Position numbers and translations under genes: made by a program
Source: Octopus sinensis
Taxonomy: Eukaryota
DNA length: 64,000 nucleotides
Assembly (NCBI RefSeq): GCF_006345805.1
Contig: NC_042998.1
Location: 22,010,001-22,074,000 of the forward strand
Reading direction: 5' to 3'
The notes under the pieces: generated by a model
The model's input: the letters and a program-made list of their open reading frames with translations, nothing else
Told to the model about the DNA's origin: nothing
Database searches by the model: none
Shown: positions 38,486-52,749 of the stretch, in pieces
Position numbering within the stretch: position 1 is the first letter of the stretch
How the letters are laid out: each line of letters starts with the position of its first letter

Positions 38486-39034
38486 CTTGTATGTTTGTGT
38501 GTCTGTGTTTGTCACCCTAGCATTGCTTGACAACCGATGCTGGTGTGTTTATGTCCCCGTCACTTAGCGGTTCGGCAAAAGAGACTGATAGAATAAGTAC
38601 TGGGCTTACAAAGAATAAGTTCCGGGGTCGAGTTGCTCGATTAAAGGCGGTGCTCCAGCATGGCCGCAGTCAAAATGACTGAAACAAGTAAAAAGAAAAG
38701 AAAAAGAAAGATGCCATCATCATCATCATCGTTTAACGTCTGCTTTCCATGCTGGCATGGGTGGGATGTTTTGATAGAGCCTGCCAGGTAGAAGCCTGCA
38801 CCAGACATCTGTAACCATTTTGGCAGGGGTTTTACAGCTGGATGCCCTTCCTAACACCAACAGAGTGGACTTAGTGCTTTTTATGTGGTACAAGTACAGG
38901 TGAGGTAAGTTTTGGCAAGGTTTTTACAGCTTGATGCCTTTCCAAATGCCAACCACTTTACAGTGTAGACTGGGCACTTTTAAGTGGCACCTGCACTGAT
39001 AGGGTCACCAAGTGCTTGCAAGACAAAAAAAAAT

Positions 39035-39490
39035 ACCTATTTCTTTACCACCCACAAGGGGCTAAACACAGGGAGGACAAACAAGGATAGACAACACAGA
39101 TTAAGTCGATTCTGTATCGAACCCAGTGCATAACTGGTACTTATTTAATCGACCCCGAAAGAGTGAAACGGCAAAGAACCTGTCAATAGCGGAATTGTGA
39201 ACATTGCTACAGAACGTAGCCGACTTAGCGGCACGAGACCGATATATCCTATACTTGCTTACAAGAAAAGGGGGGTCGATCTCAACACAGGGAGACAAAC
39301 ATGGACAAATGACTGAACAAGTAAAGAGTCGAGTATATCGATCCAGTGCATAACTGGTACTTATTTAATCGACCCTGAAAGGATGAAAGAAAAAGTCAAC
39401 CTCGGCGGGATTTGAACTCAGAGCATAGCGGCAGATGATATACCGCTAAGCATTTTGCCCGGCATGCTAACGTTTCTGCCAGCTCGCCAC
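39035..39490 (-). mobile_element. SINE family A dimer; the first unit is heavily corrupted
   Basis: 39080-39340 aligns to family A only with dense indels; 39345-39490 is clean. Confidence 0.7.
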
Positions 39491-39989
39491 CTCATCTCCC
39501 TGTACAGTTCCTGACAATGAAATATCTTCATGAGACACTGATCAGCTTTAAACAGCATCGTGAAAGACTTACCCCTGATGCTACTCAGTACAGCTAAACT
39601 TGAAGCCACACTGTTGCAAACCAAACTTTTTAACCATGTAGCTACTCTTGTACCCACATTTCAAAGTATGAATATAACCATCAATAGGAATTGAATGCAT
39701 GTTCGTTGGGTCTTCCTCTATATATCATAGTTAACAACCAAATACTTCATATTCACATTTCAACTTGAAGATCTGCCAAGACATGGATCAGGCGCCACGT
39801 TTTGGCAGGACTTCACAAGGGGAAATGTGAATACATATTATTTGACTAATACTAATTAATATATGTGTATAGATATACACACACATACATACGTGCATTC
39901 ACACAAACACACACACATATTTACATACATACATATATATATATGGATATATGCATATGCATATAAGAATATATATATATATATGTAAA

Positions 39990-40105
39990 TATGTATATAT
40001 GTGTCTGTATATATATATACATATATATATATATACATACATACATATATATATGTAAATACATATACATATATACATATATATATGTAAATACATATGT
40101 GTGTG

Positions 40106-40141
<36 letters not shown>

Positions 40142-40234
40142 CATACATATATATATGTAAATACATATACAATATACATATATATATATAAATACATAAA
40201 TGTGTGTGGTTGTGATATATATACACACACACAC

Positions 40235-40284
<50 letters not shown>

Positions 40285-41711
40285 ATATATACATATGATG
40301 TATTATAGTATGTGCCTTATTTTTGGCAGGAGGTTAAAACTGATAAGATGCTAATCACCATTATCATCATCGTCATTACCAGCATCATTTAATGTCTGCT
40401 TTCCCCTGCTGGGATGAGTTAGACTGTTTGACTGGAACTGGTAAACCACAGAGGATCACACCAGGTTCCAGTCTGATTTGGCATCGTTTCTACGGCTTGA
40501 TGCCCTTCCCAATGCCAACCACTCCCGAAGTGTAATTAGTTCTTTTTGTGCCACCGAAACGGGTGCCATTTAATTTAGGTGACAGTGGCAACGGCCATGA
40601 CTACGATTTCACTGAACCATACAATGTTGGTGTGAAGAGAATTCCTGCACTGAGTGTGCCATACACACCATACACTCACACATGCGTGCGCACATACACA
40701 TATTTTATATCTATCTATCTATCTATCTCGAGCTGGCAGAAACGTTAGCATGCCGGGCGAAATTCGTAGCCGTATTTCGTCTGCCGCTACGTTCTGAGTT
40801 CCAATTCCGCCGAGGTCGACTTTGCCTTTCATCCTTTCAGGGTCGATAAATTAAGTACCAGTTACGCACTGGGGTCGATGCAATCGACTTAATCCGTTTG
40901 TCTGTCCTTGTTTGTCCCCTCTATGTTTAGCCCCTTGTGCAATAAAGAAATCTATCTATCTATCTATCTATCTATCTACTCTCATCTATCTATCTATCTA
41001 TCTATCTATCAATATACAAAAAAGGGTGAAATATAATTAATTTAATAAAATTAATAAATTTCACCTAGTAGTTTTTTCAGTATGGAAAAGACCATATTTG
41101 GTAAGAATTATATTAATTATAATAAAGGGTTAATTGCAACAAGTTGCTCAAAACACATACCGAAAATATTAGAAATAGCAGCCAAATAGATCAACCATTT
41201 CTACTACCAGTAAAAAAGTCTCCACCAAACAAACAGAACCAAATATAATTAATATAATTCTTACAAACGTGGTTCTATTATCTATCTATCTATATATATA
41301 TGTAGGCGTGGCTATGGTGGTAATTAGCTTGCTTACCAACCACATGGTTCCGGGTTCAATCCACTAGCGTGGCACCATGGACAAGTTTCTTCTACTATAG
41401 CCTCGGCCGACCAAAGCTTGTAAGTGATTTTGAGGCGGAAACTTAAAGAAGACCGTCTTGTAGTATGTGTGTGTCTTTGATTCTCTGTTTGTCCCCTCCA
41501 CCACCACCATCGCTTGACAACCGATGTTGGTAGGTTTACGTCCCCGTAACTTACGCGGTTCGACAAAAGAGACCGATAGAATAAGTACTGGGCTTACAAA
41601 CAATAAGTCCTGGGTCGATTTGCGCCACTAAAAGGCAGTGCTCCAGCGCATGGCCGCGCAGTCAAAAGACTCAAACAAGTAAAAGAATAAAAGAATTTAG
41701 TTATCAGTGTG

Positions 41712-41775
<64 letters not shown>

Positions 41776-42042
41776 ATATATAATATAATATATATATAAC
41801 TATATATATATATAGATAATATATATATAATATATATATATATACATACATACATATATATATGTAAATACATATACATATATACATATATATATGTAAA
41901 TACATATGTGTGTGTATGTATATATATATATATATAAATATATACATACATACATATATATATGTAAATACTATACATATACATATATATATATAAATAC
42001 ATAAATGTGTGTGTATGTATATATACACACACACACACACAT

Positions 42043-42076
<34 letters not shown>

Positions 42077-42744
42077 TATACATATGATGTATTATAGTAT
42101 GTGCCTTATTTTTGGCAGGAGGTTAAAACTGATAAGATGCTAATCACCATTATCATCATCGTCATTACCAGCATCATTTAATGTCTGCTTTCCCCTGCTG
42201 GGATGAGTTAGACTGTTTGACTGGAACTGGTAAACCACAGAGGATCACACCAGGTTCCAGTCTGATTTGGCATCGTTTCTACGGCTGGATGCCCTTCCCA
42301 ATGCCAACCACTCCCGAAGTGTAATTAGTTCTTTTTACGTGCCACCGAAACGGGTGCCATTTAATTTATGTGACAGTGGCAACGGCCATGACTACGATTT
42401 CACTGAACCATAAACAATGTTGGTGTGAAGAGAATTCCTGCACTGAGTGTGCATACACACACATACACTCACACATGCGTGCGCACATACACATATTTTA
42501 TATCTATCTATCTATCTATCTCGAGCTGGCAGAAACGTTAGCATGCCGGGCGAAATTCGTAGCCGTATTTCGTCTGCCGCTACGTTCTGAGTTCCAATTC
42601 CGCCGAGGTCGACTTTGCCTTTCATCCTTTCAGGGTCGATAAATTAAGTACCAGTTACGCACTGGGGTCGATGCAATCGACTTAATCCGTTTGTCTGTCC
42701 TTGTTTGTCCCCTCTATGTTTAGCCCCTTGTGGGCAATAAAGAA

Positions 42745-42803
<59 letters not shown>

Positions 42804-43514
42804 AATATACAAAAAAGGGTGAAATATAATTAATTTAATAAAATTAATAAATTTCACCTAGTAGTTTTTTCAGTATGGAAAAGACCATATTTGGTAAGAA
42901 TTATATTAATTATAATAAAGGGTTAATTGCAACAAGTTGCTCAAAACCACATACCGAAAATATTAGAAATAGCAGCCAAATAGATCACCATTTCTACTAC
43001 CAGTAAAAAAGTCTCCACAAACAAACAGAACCAAATATAATTAATATAATTCTTACCAAACGTGGTTCTATTATCTATCTATCTATCTATATATGTAGGC
43101 GTGGCTATGTGGTAATTAGCTTGCTTACCAACCACATGGTTCCGGGTTCAATCCCACTGCGTGGCACCATGGACATGTTTCTTCTACTATAGCCTCGGGC
43201 CGACCAAAGCCTTGTAAGTGGATTTGGTAGGCGGAAACTTAAAGAAGACCGTCGTGTAGTATGTGTGTGTCTTTGATTCTCTGTTTGTCCCCTCCACCAC
43301 CACCATCGCTTGACAACCGATGTTGGTATGTTTACGTCCCCGTAACTTAGCGGTTCGACAAAAGAGACCGATAGAATAAGTACTGGGCTTACAAACAATA
43401 AGTCCTGGGATCGATTTGCGCCACTAAAAGGCAGTGCTCCAGCATGGCCGCGCAGTCAAAAGACTCAAACAAGTAAAAGAATAAAAGAATTAGTTATCAG
43501 TGTGGGATCTCTCT

Positions 43515-43550
<36 letters not shown>
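39990..43550. repeat. Tandem duplication of a ~1.75-kb block (period ~1790)
   Basis: 40290-41720 matches 42085-43510 through D-, A- and B-family repeats and unique spacers; differences are mostly 1-2-bp indels. Confidence 0.95.
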
Positions 43551-43599
<49 letters not shown>

Positions 43600-44050
43600 A
43601 TAATCTCTCTATATATACGTGTGTCTGTGTTGTATAAATGCTTTAACTTTCCTTTTCATCTACCCCTCTGCAAAGAAAAGAAAAATAAAAGCAGTTAAAA
43701 AAACAAAACGAAACAAGGAAACTGTTCGACATAGAACTAGAAGATAACTACCTCACTTATCAGTTTGTATAAGTTAGAGCATTCAGTGCAATATTTTTCT
43801 ATTGCACTGTTTTGCTAACCTCTCTGATTGTCTGTATGTATGTCTGTCTCTCCTTCACTATCACTCACGCTCGTTATCCCTCACTCAAACACCTTCCCTC
43901 TCACTCACACTCGTTTTCCTTCACTCACGTACTGTCTCTTTTATTCACACGTCCACACACACACTCATTCATTCACCCTTTCACTTTCTCTCTCTATATA
44001 TATCTCTCTCCCTCTCTCACACATACACAGACACTCATTCATTCACCTTT

Positions 44051-44087
<37 letters not shown>

Positions 44088-44564
44088 TACACACTCATTC
44101 ATTCACCTTTTCTCTCTCTCTCTTCTCTCTCTCTCTCACGTACACAGACACACACACTGAGCTTATCTTAAACATATTGAGAAACACCAGGTGATTCAAG
44201 TCCACTTCTTTCGAATCTTCAACCTCGCTAGGTATTGATTTCTCTATTAGCCTAACCGAATTAGCGCCTGACTAGTACGACTGATGAACGCAAACGCTTT
44301 ATCATATCATTTATATAGATCATCTGTCCATTAGTAGTTTAGGAAGTTGGGAAGTTCTGAAAATAGCCATTCCCTTTGCTCTTCCTGTTTTAAGCTTAAT
44401 GGGGAAATTTCGGTTTTGAAGACAACTATGGAATTATTATTTAGAATCTTTTGTAAAGTTTTAGCACGCATGAATAATCACACGCGCTCACGTATATGCA
44501 CATACATGCATATTAAATATACGTGCTCACACATGCATGGATACGCACAGTATATGTATGATAT

Positions 44565-44658
<94 letters not shown>

Positions 44659-45814
44659 TACAGTATATGCACACACTGTCTCTTTCTCTCTCAAACATCC
44701 GGATATATATATATATTTATATTAAAGCAAATCTTTCGCCCGTACATAATCTGACCATACATCACAGCATAAGCATATACGTACACTGACACCGACACAA
44801 ACACACATACACACACATACACACACACACACACACACACCTTTACTTTACCTCATACCTTCTCTTTTTACTTTCTCTTCCAAACGCACGAACACACTTC
44901 GCAATGTAAACTCACGCATACATGCTTTATCTCTTTCACACACATACACACACACACACACACACATTATAATGCACAAATGTTTGCACAAACATACACC
45001 CACTCTTACATGCGCCCTTTTCTCATTAACACACTCATTCTTGTGCTTAATCGCAATTTCTACTAAATCCGATGTACCTAAAAGTACACCAAGATCGCCG
45101 TCGTCGTCATCGTCATCATCATTTACGTCCGTTTTCTATGCTGGCATGGGTTGGACGGTTCACCAGGAGCTGGGAAACTTGAGGGCTGCCCCAGGCTCCA
45201 ATTGTCTGCTTCGGCAAGGTTTTTATGGTTGGTTGCCCTTCCTTACGCCAACCACTTTACAGAGTGTACTGGGTGCTTCTTGCGTGGCACCAGTACCACT
45301 GCATTTCATGTAGCACCAGCCACCAGCACCAGTGCTTTTAATGTGGCACAAGCATGAGAGCTTTTAATTAAAATTTTTCAAAAGAGCAGACATAATCACT
45401 TTACTATACTCAGCATATTTCTAATAATAAAATTATTGATCATGGGGGGAAGTGAAAAGTAAAGACTACTTAGACAGGATTTGAACTAAGAACCATGCAA
45501 CCTTTAGTAAGATATGTTACCTATTTACATTCTTTATCTTTTGCTCAGTGTTATTTACTGAAGTGTAACCATGCTGGAGTACAACCTTCAAGGTCCTTTC
45601 TCAGCCTGGTATTTATTTTATCGGTCACCATTTGTCCAATGCTAAGTTCTCTTTATGATATAAAGGAGTGCAATTTTATACACCACAATTTTATGTCTAC
45701 CTACATACGTAAATACCTTCATGCACACACTTACGTACACACACACACACATACCACACTCATGTACACATGCACACGTATATGTACATATGTAAATATA
45801 TATATGTATATATA

Positions 45815-45853
<39 letters not shown>

Positions 45854-46035
45854 TGCACATACATACATACACACATACATACATAGAGAGGAAGATAAAT
45901 CTGATGTTATGATCAAAGAAACTCATAATAAAAACGAATTACGTATAGTAAACAAAGTGGTTTATTTCATTCAGTGTTTCCACACGTACACACATTGGTC
46001 ATAATGTTTTGACTATTGTCTCTTCAGTATATACG

Positions 46036-46081
<46 letters not shown>

Positions 46082-47680
46082 TGCAGGAGTGGCTGTGTGG
46101 TAAGTAGCTTGCTTACCAACCACATGGTTCCAGGTTCAGTCCCACTGTGTGGCACCTAGGGCAAGTATCTTCTACTATAGCCTCTCGCCAACTAAAGCCT
46201 TGTGAGTGGATTTGGTAGACGGAAACTGTATATATATGTGTTTGTGTGTCTGTGTTTGTCCCCCCGCCATTTCTTGACAACCGATGCTGGTGTGTTTACG
46301 TCCTCGTAACTTAGTTGTGAAAGGCATTTTCATTTTGAACTGAACACAGCTCCTCAATACTCATTTATTGTATTTGCCACTAACTGAACAATACATACCG
46401 AAACATTTCATATCATTTAATTTGTTTATTTCTCTCAAGAATAATAATAAAAAAAAGTCAGATGCCAAGCAAGATATTTTACTGCCTTGCAAAGAAAAGA
46501 AAGAACTTTTGGCAAACCAGCTTATAATGCTGTTCAAATTCTAAAGAAAGCACTGTGTCCTTCCCTGAAAATAGGTACAGCAATGGTTATCAGTGGCTGC
46601 GGGTTAGGCAATCTGCTGTTAATTTGTGCACTGAGAAATAACATAGAAAACAACACCTTCCTCAAACAAGCTAGAATTGAAGCTTCTTATCACATAACCA
46701 CGCCTATGCCTATATGTGTGGGTGTGTGGGTGTGTTTTTTGTGCATATCCTTGTCTTGTCATCACATGATAGTTGTGCATGTCACGTCATGCAAATAGTG
46801 TCATTCATAAAAACATTTCCTGTTTCGTGAAAACATTCCCGGTCTTGGGGGGAAAATGTTTCTTGGAAACAAATGGAGATTCCTTGTACATAGACAAGAT
46901 CTAATGACCATAACCGAGGAAGCTTTTGATCGAGGGAAACTTAGGGTAATCCACCACAGCAACATAACTTTATTCCACGATATTATTGTTTTAATATTCT
47001 GTTTGTCTCTTTGTCTGTCACTCTAGCTGTCTATCTACCAAGGTCTCTCTCTGTCTGTTTATGTGTGTGTGTGTGTGTGTGTCTCTGTATGCCTGTCTGT
47101 CACTATACACATATATGTCTATCTATCTAACTGTCTCTCTTTCTGTCTGTCTGTCTCTCTTCCTGTCTGTCTTTCTCTCTTGTTATGTCTATCTAGCTGT
47201 TTCTCACTTTTTGTCTGTATGTCTGTCTGTCTGTCTATCTGCCTAGCTCTCTGACAGTCTGTCTTTCAGACTGTCTGTCTGTTTCTCTTTCCTTCTCTCT
47301 CTCTCTTTGTCATTCTACTTATCCATTCATCCATCCATCCATCTGCCTGTCTCTTTTCCCTCCCTCCCTATCTGTCTATCTGTCTCCTTCCTTCTCTCCC
47401 TCCCATCATCCCCATTTCCCCTCCTTCTCCTCCTCTCCTTCCATTAATCATTGGATTAATCCCAACTCACTAAACTGGAAGTCGGATAATCTATATAACC
47501 TAAATCTTAGCCATAATTGAAAGCAGCAGCATTCTAACAGAAAATAATCTGAAGAGTAAAACCATTCAAGTGAGTTGCTTCAGATGCTAGAAATAGATAC
47601 CAAATCTCTATCAAATCATTGCCACCACTGCCATGATCAACATGACCACCACTTAGAATTAGGAAAGGATCCATAACATA

Positions 47681-48288
47681 ATTATCAAAAGTAAAATGTA
47701 AAAGCTTTGTTGTGTTAGGTATTGGTTGTAACAAAATATTAAAATACAGATATACATTCTTTGATAATAATAAGAAAATGTTAAAAACAGTTTACAGGAA
47801 AAATTTTGAGAAAATATTAAACAAAAATTTCAAAAAAATATATTAGGATTTCATTAAAAATCATGTTTGTTTGGAAGTATCTATATATATATACACAGAA
47901 AATTATAAGTTCAAAAACAGTCATATTTAGTAGTATATATATATACACAAACCGAAAAATGCTAAAACAGGTCAGTTCATCTCAAATTCTTTGTAAACTC
48001 CTAAATATATCTCCTTCTATGTATATATATACTATCAAATATGACTGTTTTTGAACTGATACCTTTCTGTGTGTATATATATATAGGTACTTCCAAACAA
48101 ACATGATTTTTAATGAAATCCTAATATATTTTTTTGAAATTTTTGTTTAATATTTTCTCAAGATATTTCCTTGTAAACTGTTTTTAACATTTTCTTATTA
48201 TTATCAAAGTATGTATATATGTATTTTAATACTTTTGTGACAACCAGTACCTAACACAACAAAGCTTTTACATTTTACTTTTGACAAT
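47681..48288. repeat. AT-rich foldback element, ~260-bp arms
   Basis: 47681-47943 is the reverse complement of 48027-48288, around an ~85-bp spacer. Confidence 0.9.
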
Positions 48289-48400
48289 ATTTTTCTAAAA
48301 AAGTGAAACCGGTCAAGTGAATAAACACCTTTAAAATTGCATTTTCAAGCCTTCTTTCATATATATTTCCACTCGTGCGGTACCTTACAATTTCACTTTG

Positions 48401-48429
<29 letters not shown>

Positions 48430-48433
<4 letters not shown>

Positions 48434-48642
48434 AAACACACAAAAGCCATTCAATTCACTTCAACATTTAAGTTTAATTTGTCAAAATATTTTTGTCGCT
48501 TTAAGACCGCAACCTGTTCACTAGCACGGATTTTTGTCAGTGAACAGGTCGCGGTCTTAAAGCGGCCTTAAAGCGACGAAAATAATTTGACAAATTAAAC
48601 TTAAATGTTGAAGTGAATCAAACGGCTTTTGTGTGTTTCTTA
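48430..48642. mobile_element. Inverted pair of Penelope-like pLTR segments
   Basis: ~90-bp arms in head-to-head orientation, each carrying a hammerhead-like motif. Confidence 0.6.
48533..48594 (+). ncRNA. Minimal hammerhead ribozyme-like motif with G3:C8 covariation
   Basis: Stem I UUUGUCA/UGACAAA (7 bp), core GUGAACA, stem II GUCGC/GCGAC, GAAA, AUU triplet. Confidence 0.6.
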
Positions 48643-48734
48643 AATAGCTTACAAACACCTTCCACGCTGCAATTGTTTTTGTTTCAGCACACGATCTCAG
48701 ATCAAATCACTTGCTATGCAAGTACCTCCATAAT

Positions 48735-48779
<45 letters not shown>

Positions 48780-48895
48780 GAAACATTATTTCTAAATCTC
48801 TCAAAGAGAGATATTCAGTTACAGCTGTTGAAAGTAAAGGCTATTTGCCTGGGACTAAATAACATTAACAATCATCCCATCCAGGACAGCCCCAT

Positions 48896-48936
<41 letters not shown>

Positions 48937-50024
48937 AATGATGATGTCTACCTTGGCAGCATTTGAATAAAGAAACTAAAAATGAACCAAATTTCACTTC
49001 TTAAGTATTTTACCTGGTAGGCTGATGATTCTGCCAGCTTCCCACTTCTCTCAAAATGATGTTATAAACTAATTGTATATAGGGCTCAGGTGCACTGCAG
49101 TTCATTAGGAAAGGAGAAAAGAGGAGACAGAATGCAGACATAAGCCAGGTAAAGAATGAAAGCAATGGAAACCTAAATTAAAGAGTAATTATCATCTTAA
49201 TTATCTACTTAGATGTGGCGGCACAAGCATGGCTGTGTGGTAAGAACTTTGCTTCCCAACAACAACACGGGTCTCAGTTCAGTCCCACTGCGTGGCATCT
49301 TGAGCAAGTGTTTTCTACTACAGCTCTGAGATGACCAAAGCCTTTTGAGTGGAATTGGCAAATGGGAACTGAAAGAAGCCCATCATGTATATATATATCA
49401 CCGTGATCACTGTGACCGACCAGGCTATCAGATGTTGTTACACATCGCTGGTCACTATGCGCTTCGCATTGTTTTAGCCTTCAAATGACGTCACCTCGCT
49501 GGCTAAGCAAGCAGGCCAACAGTAGAAAAAGTGAGAGAAAGTTGTGGCGAAAGAGTACAGCAGGGTTTGCCACCACCACCATCTGCCGGAGCCTCGTGGA
49601 GCTTTTAGGTGTTTTCGCTCAATAAACACTCACAACACCCGGTCTGGGTATCGAAACCGCGATCCTACGACCGCGAGTCCGTTGCCGTAACCACTGTTAC
49701 TGGGCTTGATTCATTCAACTGAAAATTCATCAAGGTGGTGCTCCAGCATGGCCGTAGTCTAATGACTGACACATGAAAGAAAACAATAAACGATAATAAG
49801 CTTTTTATTTTTTTTTATTCATTTACTTGTTTCAGTCACTTGACTGCTGCCATGCTGGAGCACCACCTTTAGTCGAGCAAATCAACGCCAGGACTTATTC
49901 TTTGTAAGCCTAGTACTTATTCTATCAGTCACTTTAGCCGAACCACTAAGTTACGGGCTCGTAAACACACCAGCATCAGTTGTCAAACAATGCTGGGGGG
50001 AAAAACACAGACACACAAGCTCTC

Positions 50025-50087
<63 letters not shown>

Positions 50088-50189
50088 TGTATGTATGTAT
50101 GTATATTCCATTTTCCTGAGCGCCTAATAATAATAATACTGTAATTGTTCCACGTGTTGTTGTTTTTTCTGTTTTCCCGTTTGGATTAA

Positions 50190-50234
<45 letters not shown>

Positions 50235-50669
50235 TGTTTGTTCCTTCTCAAGCCATGCCTGGCTCATAGGGCCGGTTTCCCGGTTTCCTTGGCATATAGG
50301 TTTCGCACTTGGACGGGATGCCAGTCCGTCGCTGGTGAGCTGCAAGATGCAGGAGGAAAGAGTGAGAGAAAGTTGTGGCGAAGTTCGGCATTGCCTTTTG
50401 CCGGAGCCGCGTGGAGCTGAGGTGTTTCGCTCATAAACACACACACATCACCCGGTCTGAGATTCAAACCCTCGACTGTGAATCTGCTGGTCTAACCACT
50501 AGGTCATGTGCCTATACACACACATGCATATATATATATGGTGTTAGGAAGGGCATCCAGCCGTAGAAACATTGCCAGATCAGACTGGGCCTGGTGCAGC
50601 CTTCTGGCTTCCCAGACCCCAGTTGAACCGTCCAACCCATGCTAGCATGGAAAGCAGACGCTAAACGAT

Positions 50670-50704
<35 letters not shown>

Positions 50705-51559
50705 ATAGGCTTCTTTCGGTTTCCGTTTACCAAATCCACTCACAAGGCTCTGGTCGGCCTGAGGCATTAGTCAGAGAAACATTATGTTTAACAACAAACA
50801 AGATGAGGACAAATATCTGTCAATTGTAAATAATCTACGTAATTCCTCATGTCTTAAATATAGAACTGTAGTAGAAGACACTTGCCTGAGGTGCCATGCA
50901 GTGGGACTGAACTCAGAACCATGTGGTTGGTAAGCAAGCCACTTAACCACTCAGCCACTCTTGCACCTATGTTTTCACTACATCCTCCATATGCTGTCAT
51001 TGTTGTAGATTGCTTTCCAAAGAGAGACGGGGTCGTAGATGAGTTAGGGATTTAGGAGTTGACACAAGCAGAAACAATAAGAAAACTTGGGGGGTAAAAT
51101 ACTAAAAAAAGAAACAAAGAAAAAATATCAAATAACAATATTAAATATAAAGAAAAAAAAAGAATGTTATCTTAGAAATAATTAGTTCAATTTTAAATGA
51201 ACAAGCTGCTAATTAACTAATTAATTTATAGAATATTTCATCAAAGACATCTTAATCGAAAAATATGAAGAAACGATAATGAATACATGAGATAACATCA
51301 CGTGTTGATGTGAATATGTGTTACTGGCATAGAATCTCTTCTCTAAAGAAATTGAGATGAAAGATGGCTATAGAATTGGTGCTTGTCTGTGTGGCTATGA
51401 AGAAATTTGCTTTGCAATTGTGTGGTTTTGGGATTTGGTTCCACTGCTTGCCGTCTTGGAGTGAATGTTTTCTACTGTTTAGCATAGTCTCTGGTGGACA
51501 AAAGCCATGAAATTAAAATTTAGTGGTTAGAAACTGTACTGAAACCTATCGTTCATAAT

Positions 51560-51865
51560 AACGTGGCACGTAACAAACACCATCCGATCGTGGCCATGCC
51601 AGCCTTGCCTGGCCTCCGTGCTGGTGGCACGTAAAAAACACCATCCGAGCGTGGCCGTTCGCCAGCCTCGTCTGGCGCCTGTGTCGGTGGCACATAAAAA
51701 GCACCCACTACACTCACAGAGTGGTTGGCGTTAGGAAGGGCATCCAGCTGTAGAAACACTGCCAGATCTGACTGGAGCCTGGTGCAGCCTCCTGGCTTCC
51801 CAGACCCCAGTTGAACCGTCCAACCCATGCTAGCATGGAAAGCGGACGTTAAACGATGATGATGA
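51560..51865 (+). mobile_element. RTE 3'UTR (family D) copy
   Basis: Tandem units followed by the catgctagcatggaaagcggacgttaaacgatgatgatga tail; other copies at 45110-45355 (-), 58255-58950 (-) and 60235-60610 (+). Confidence 0.85.
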
Positions 51866-52168
51866 ATAACCTCAGTGTTTGATTGGTAGTTTATTTCATC
51901 AACCCAGAAAGTATAAAAAGCAAAGTCAACTTTGGTAGGATTTGAACTCAGAACATTAAGATGAACAAAATGTCACTGAGCATTTCGTCTGACACTTTAA
52001 AATACCAATGGTCCTGCTAGCTTGTCACCTGGGTTATAGCTATAAGTCTTATATAATTTTACATTTTCATATCTATTGTTCTAGAGTACCCCGCGTTGGT
52101 ACCCTTCAGATTCAAAACTAGTAATGGTTGTTATGGGGACTAGTTTTCTGGTGGATGTGATTCTAAGG

Positions 52169-52541
52169 TTATTACCTCCACCTTAGCAAAGGGAAAGGTA
52201 TTGTTTTTAGTTGTGTTTGTTTGTTTGTCCATGGACAAGATAACTCAAGAACCACTGGGTGGATTTGGATGAAACTTTCAAAGATGTTTGACCTCATGAC
52301 TGGCATGAACTGAATAGCTTTTGGGATCGATCCGGTACCGGACGGATTCTGGATTATTTTTCTTGTTGTTTTTTACTTAATTTTTGAAAGCGGTAGTGCT
52401 CATTTTTAGTATTCTTGTTTGTGAGAGCAGTCGAATTTATTCCAGATATTCTCATCTTAAAAAACATCTCTGGCTAATCATTGAGAGGTTGTTGGTGTTG
52501 CCTTGGCGGAGGTTTGCACTCTCTGAGTACTTGTGTTAGTT
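52169..52541 (+). mobile_element. Helentron-associated interspersed element (HINE/DINE-1-like)
   Basis: 5' ttattacctccacc...aggt subterminal palindrome; 3' ccttggcggaggtttgcactctctgagtac...tagtttt. Confidence 0.75.
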
Positions 52542-52749
52542 TTGTTTTGCTTCACGTTTGACCATGATCAAGATATTCAAAGATTCTCCTTCCAGCCCTG
52601 ACCAGTTCATCTTATTGGAAGATCATATTATATCTTGAGCATTATCCAAATCTATTTTTTATCTTTTAACTTTTACTTCTCTCAGTCAATAGAAAGGAAT
52701 ATGAGGAAATAAACAGAGAGAATATATATATATATATATATATATATAA

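Noticed and set aside
46487-46798. 103-aa non-repetitive ORF
   Set aside because: Non-ATG start, no motif, and it runs into SINE-derived sequence.
49083-49148. 66-nt plus-strand exon (GSGALQFIRKGEKRRQNADISQ); also 47541-47569
   Set aside because: Weak acceptors and no recognisable homology; expected by chance in 64 kb.
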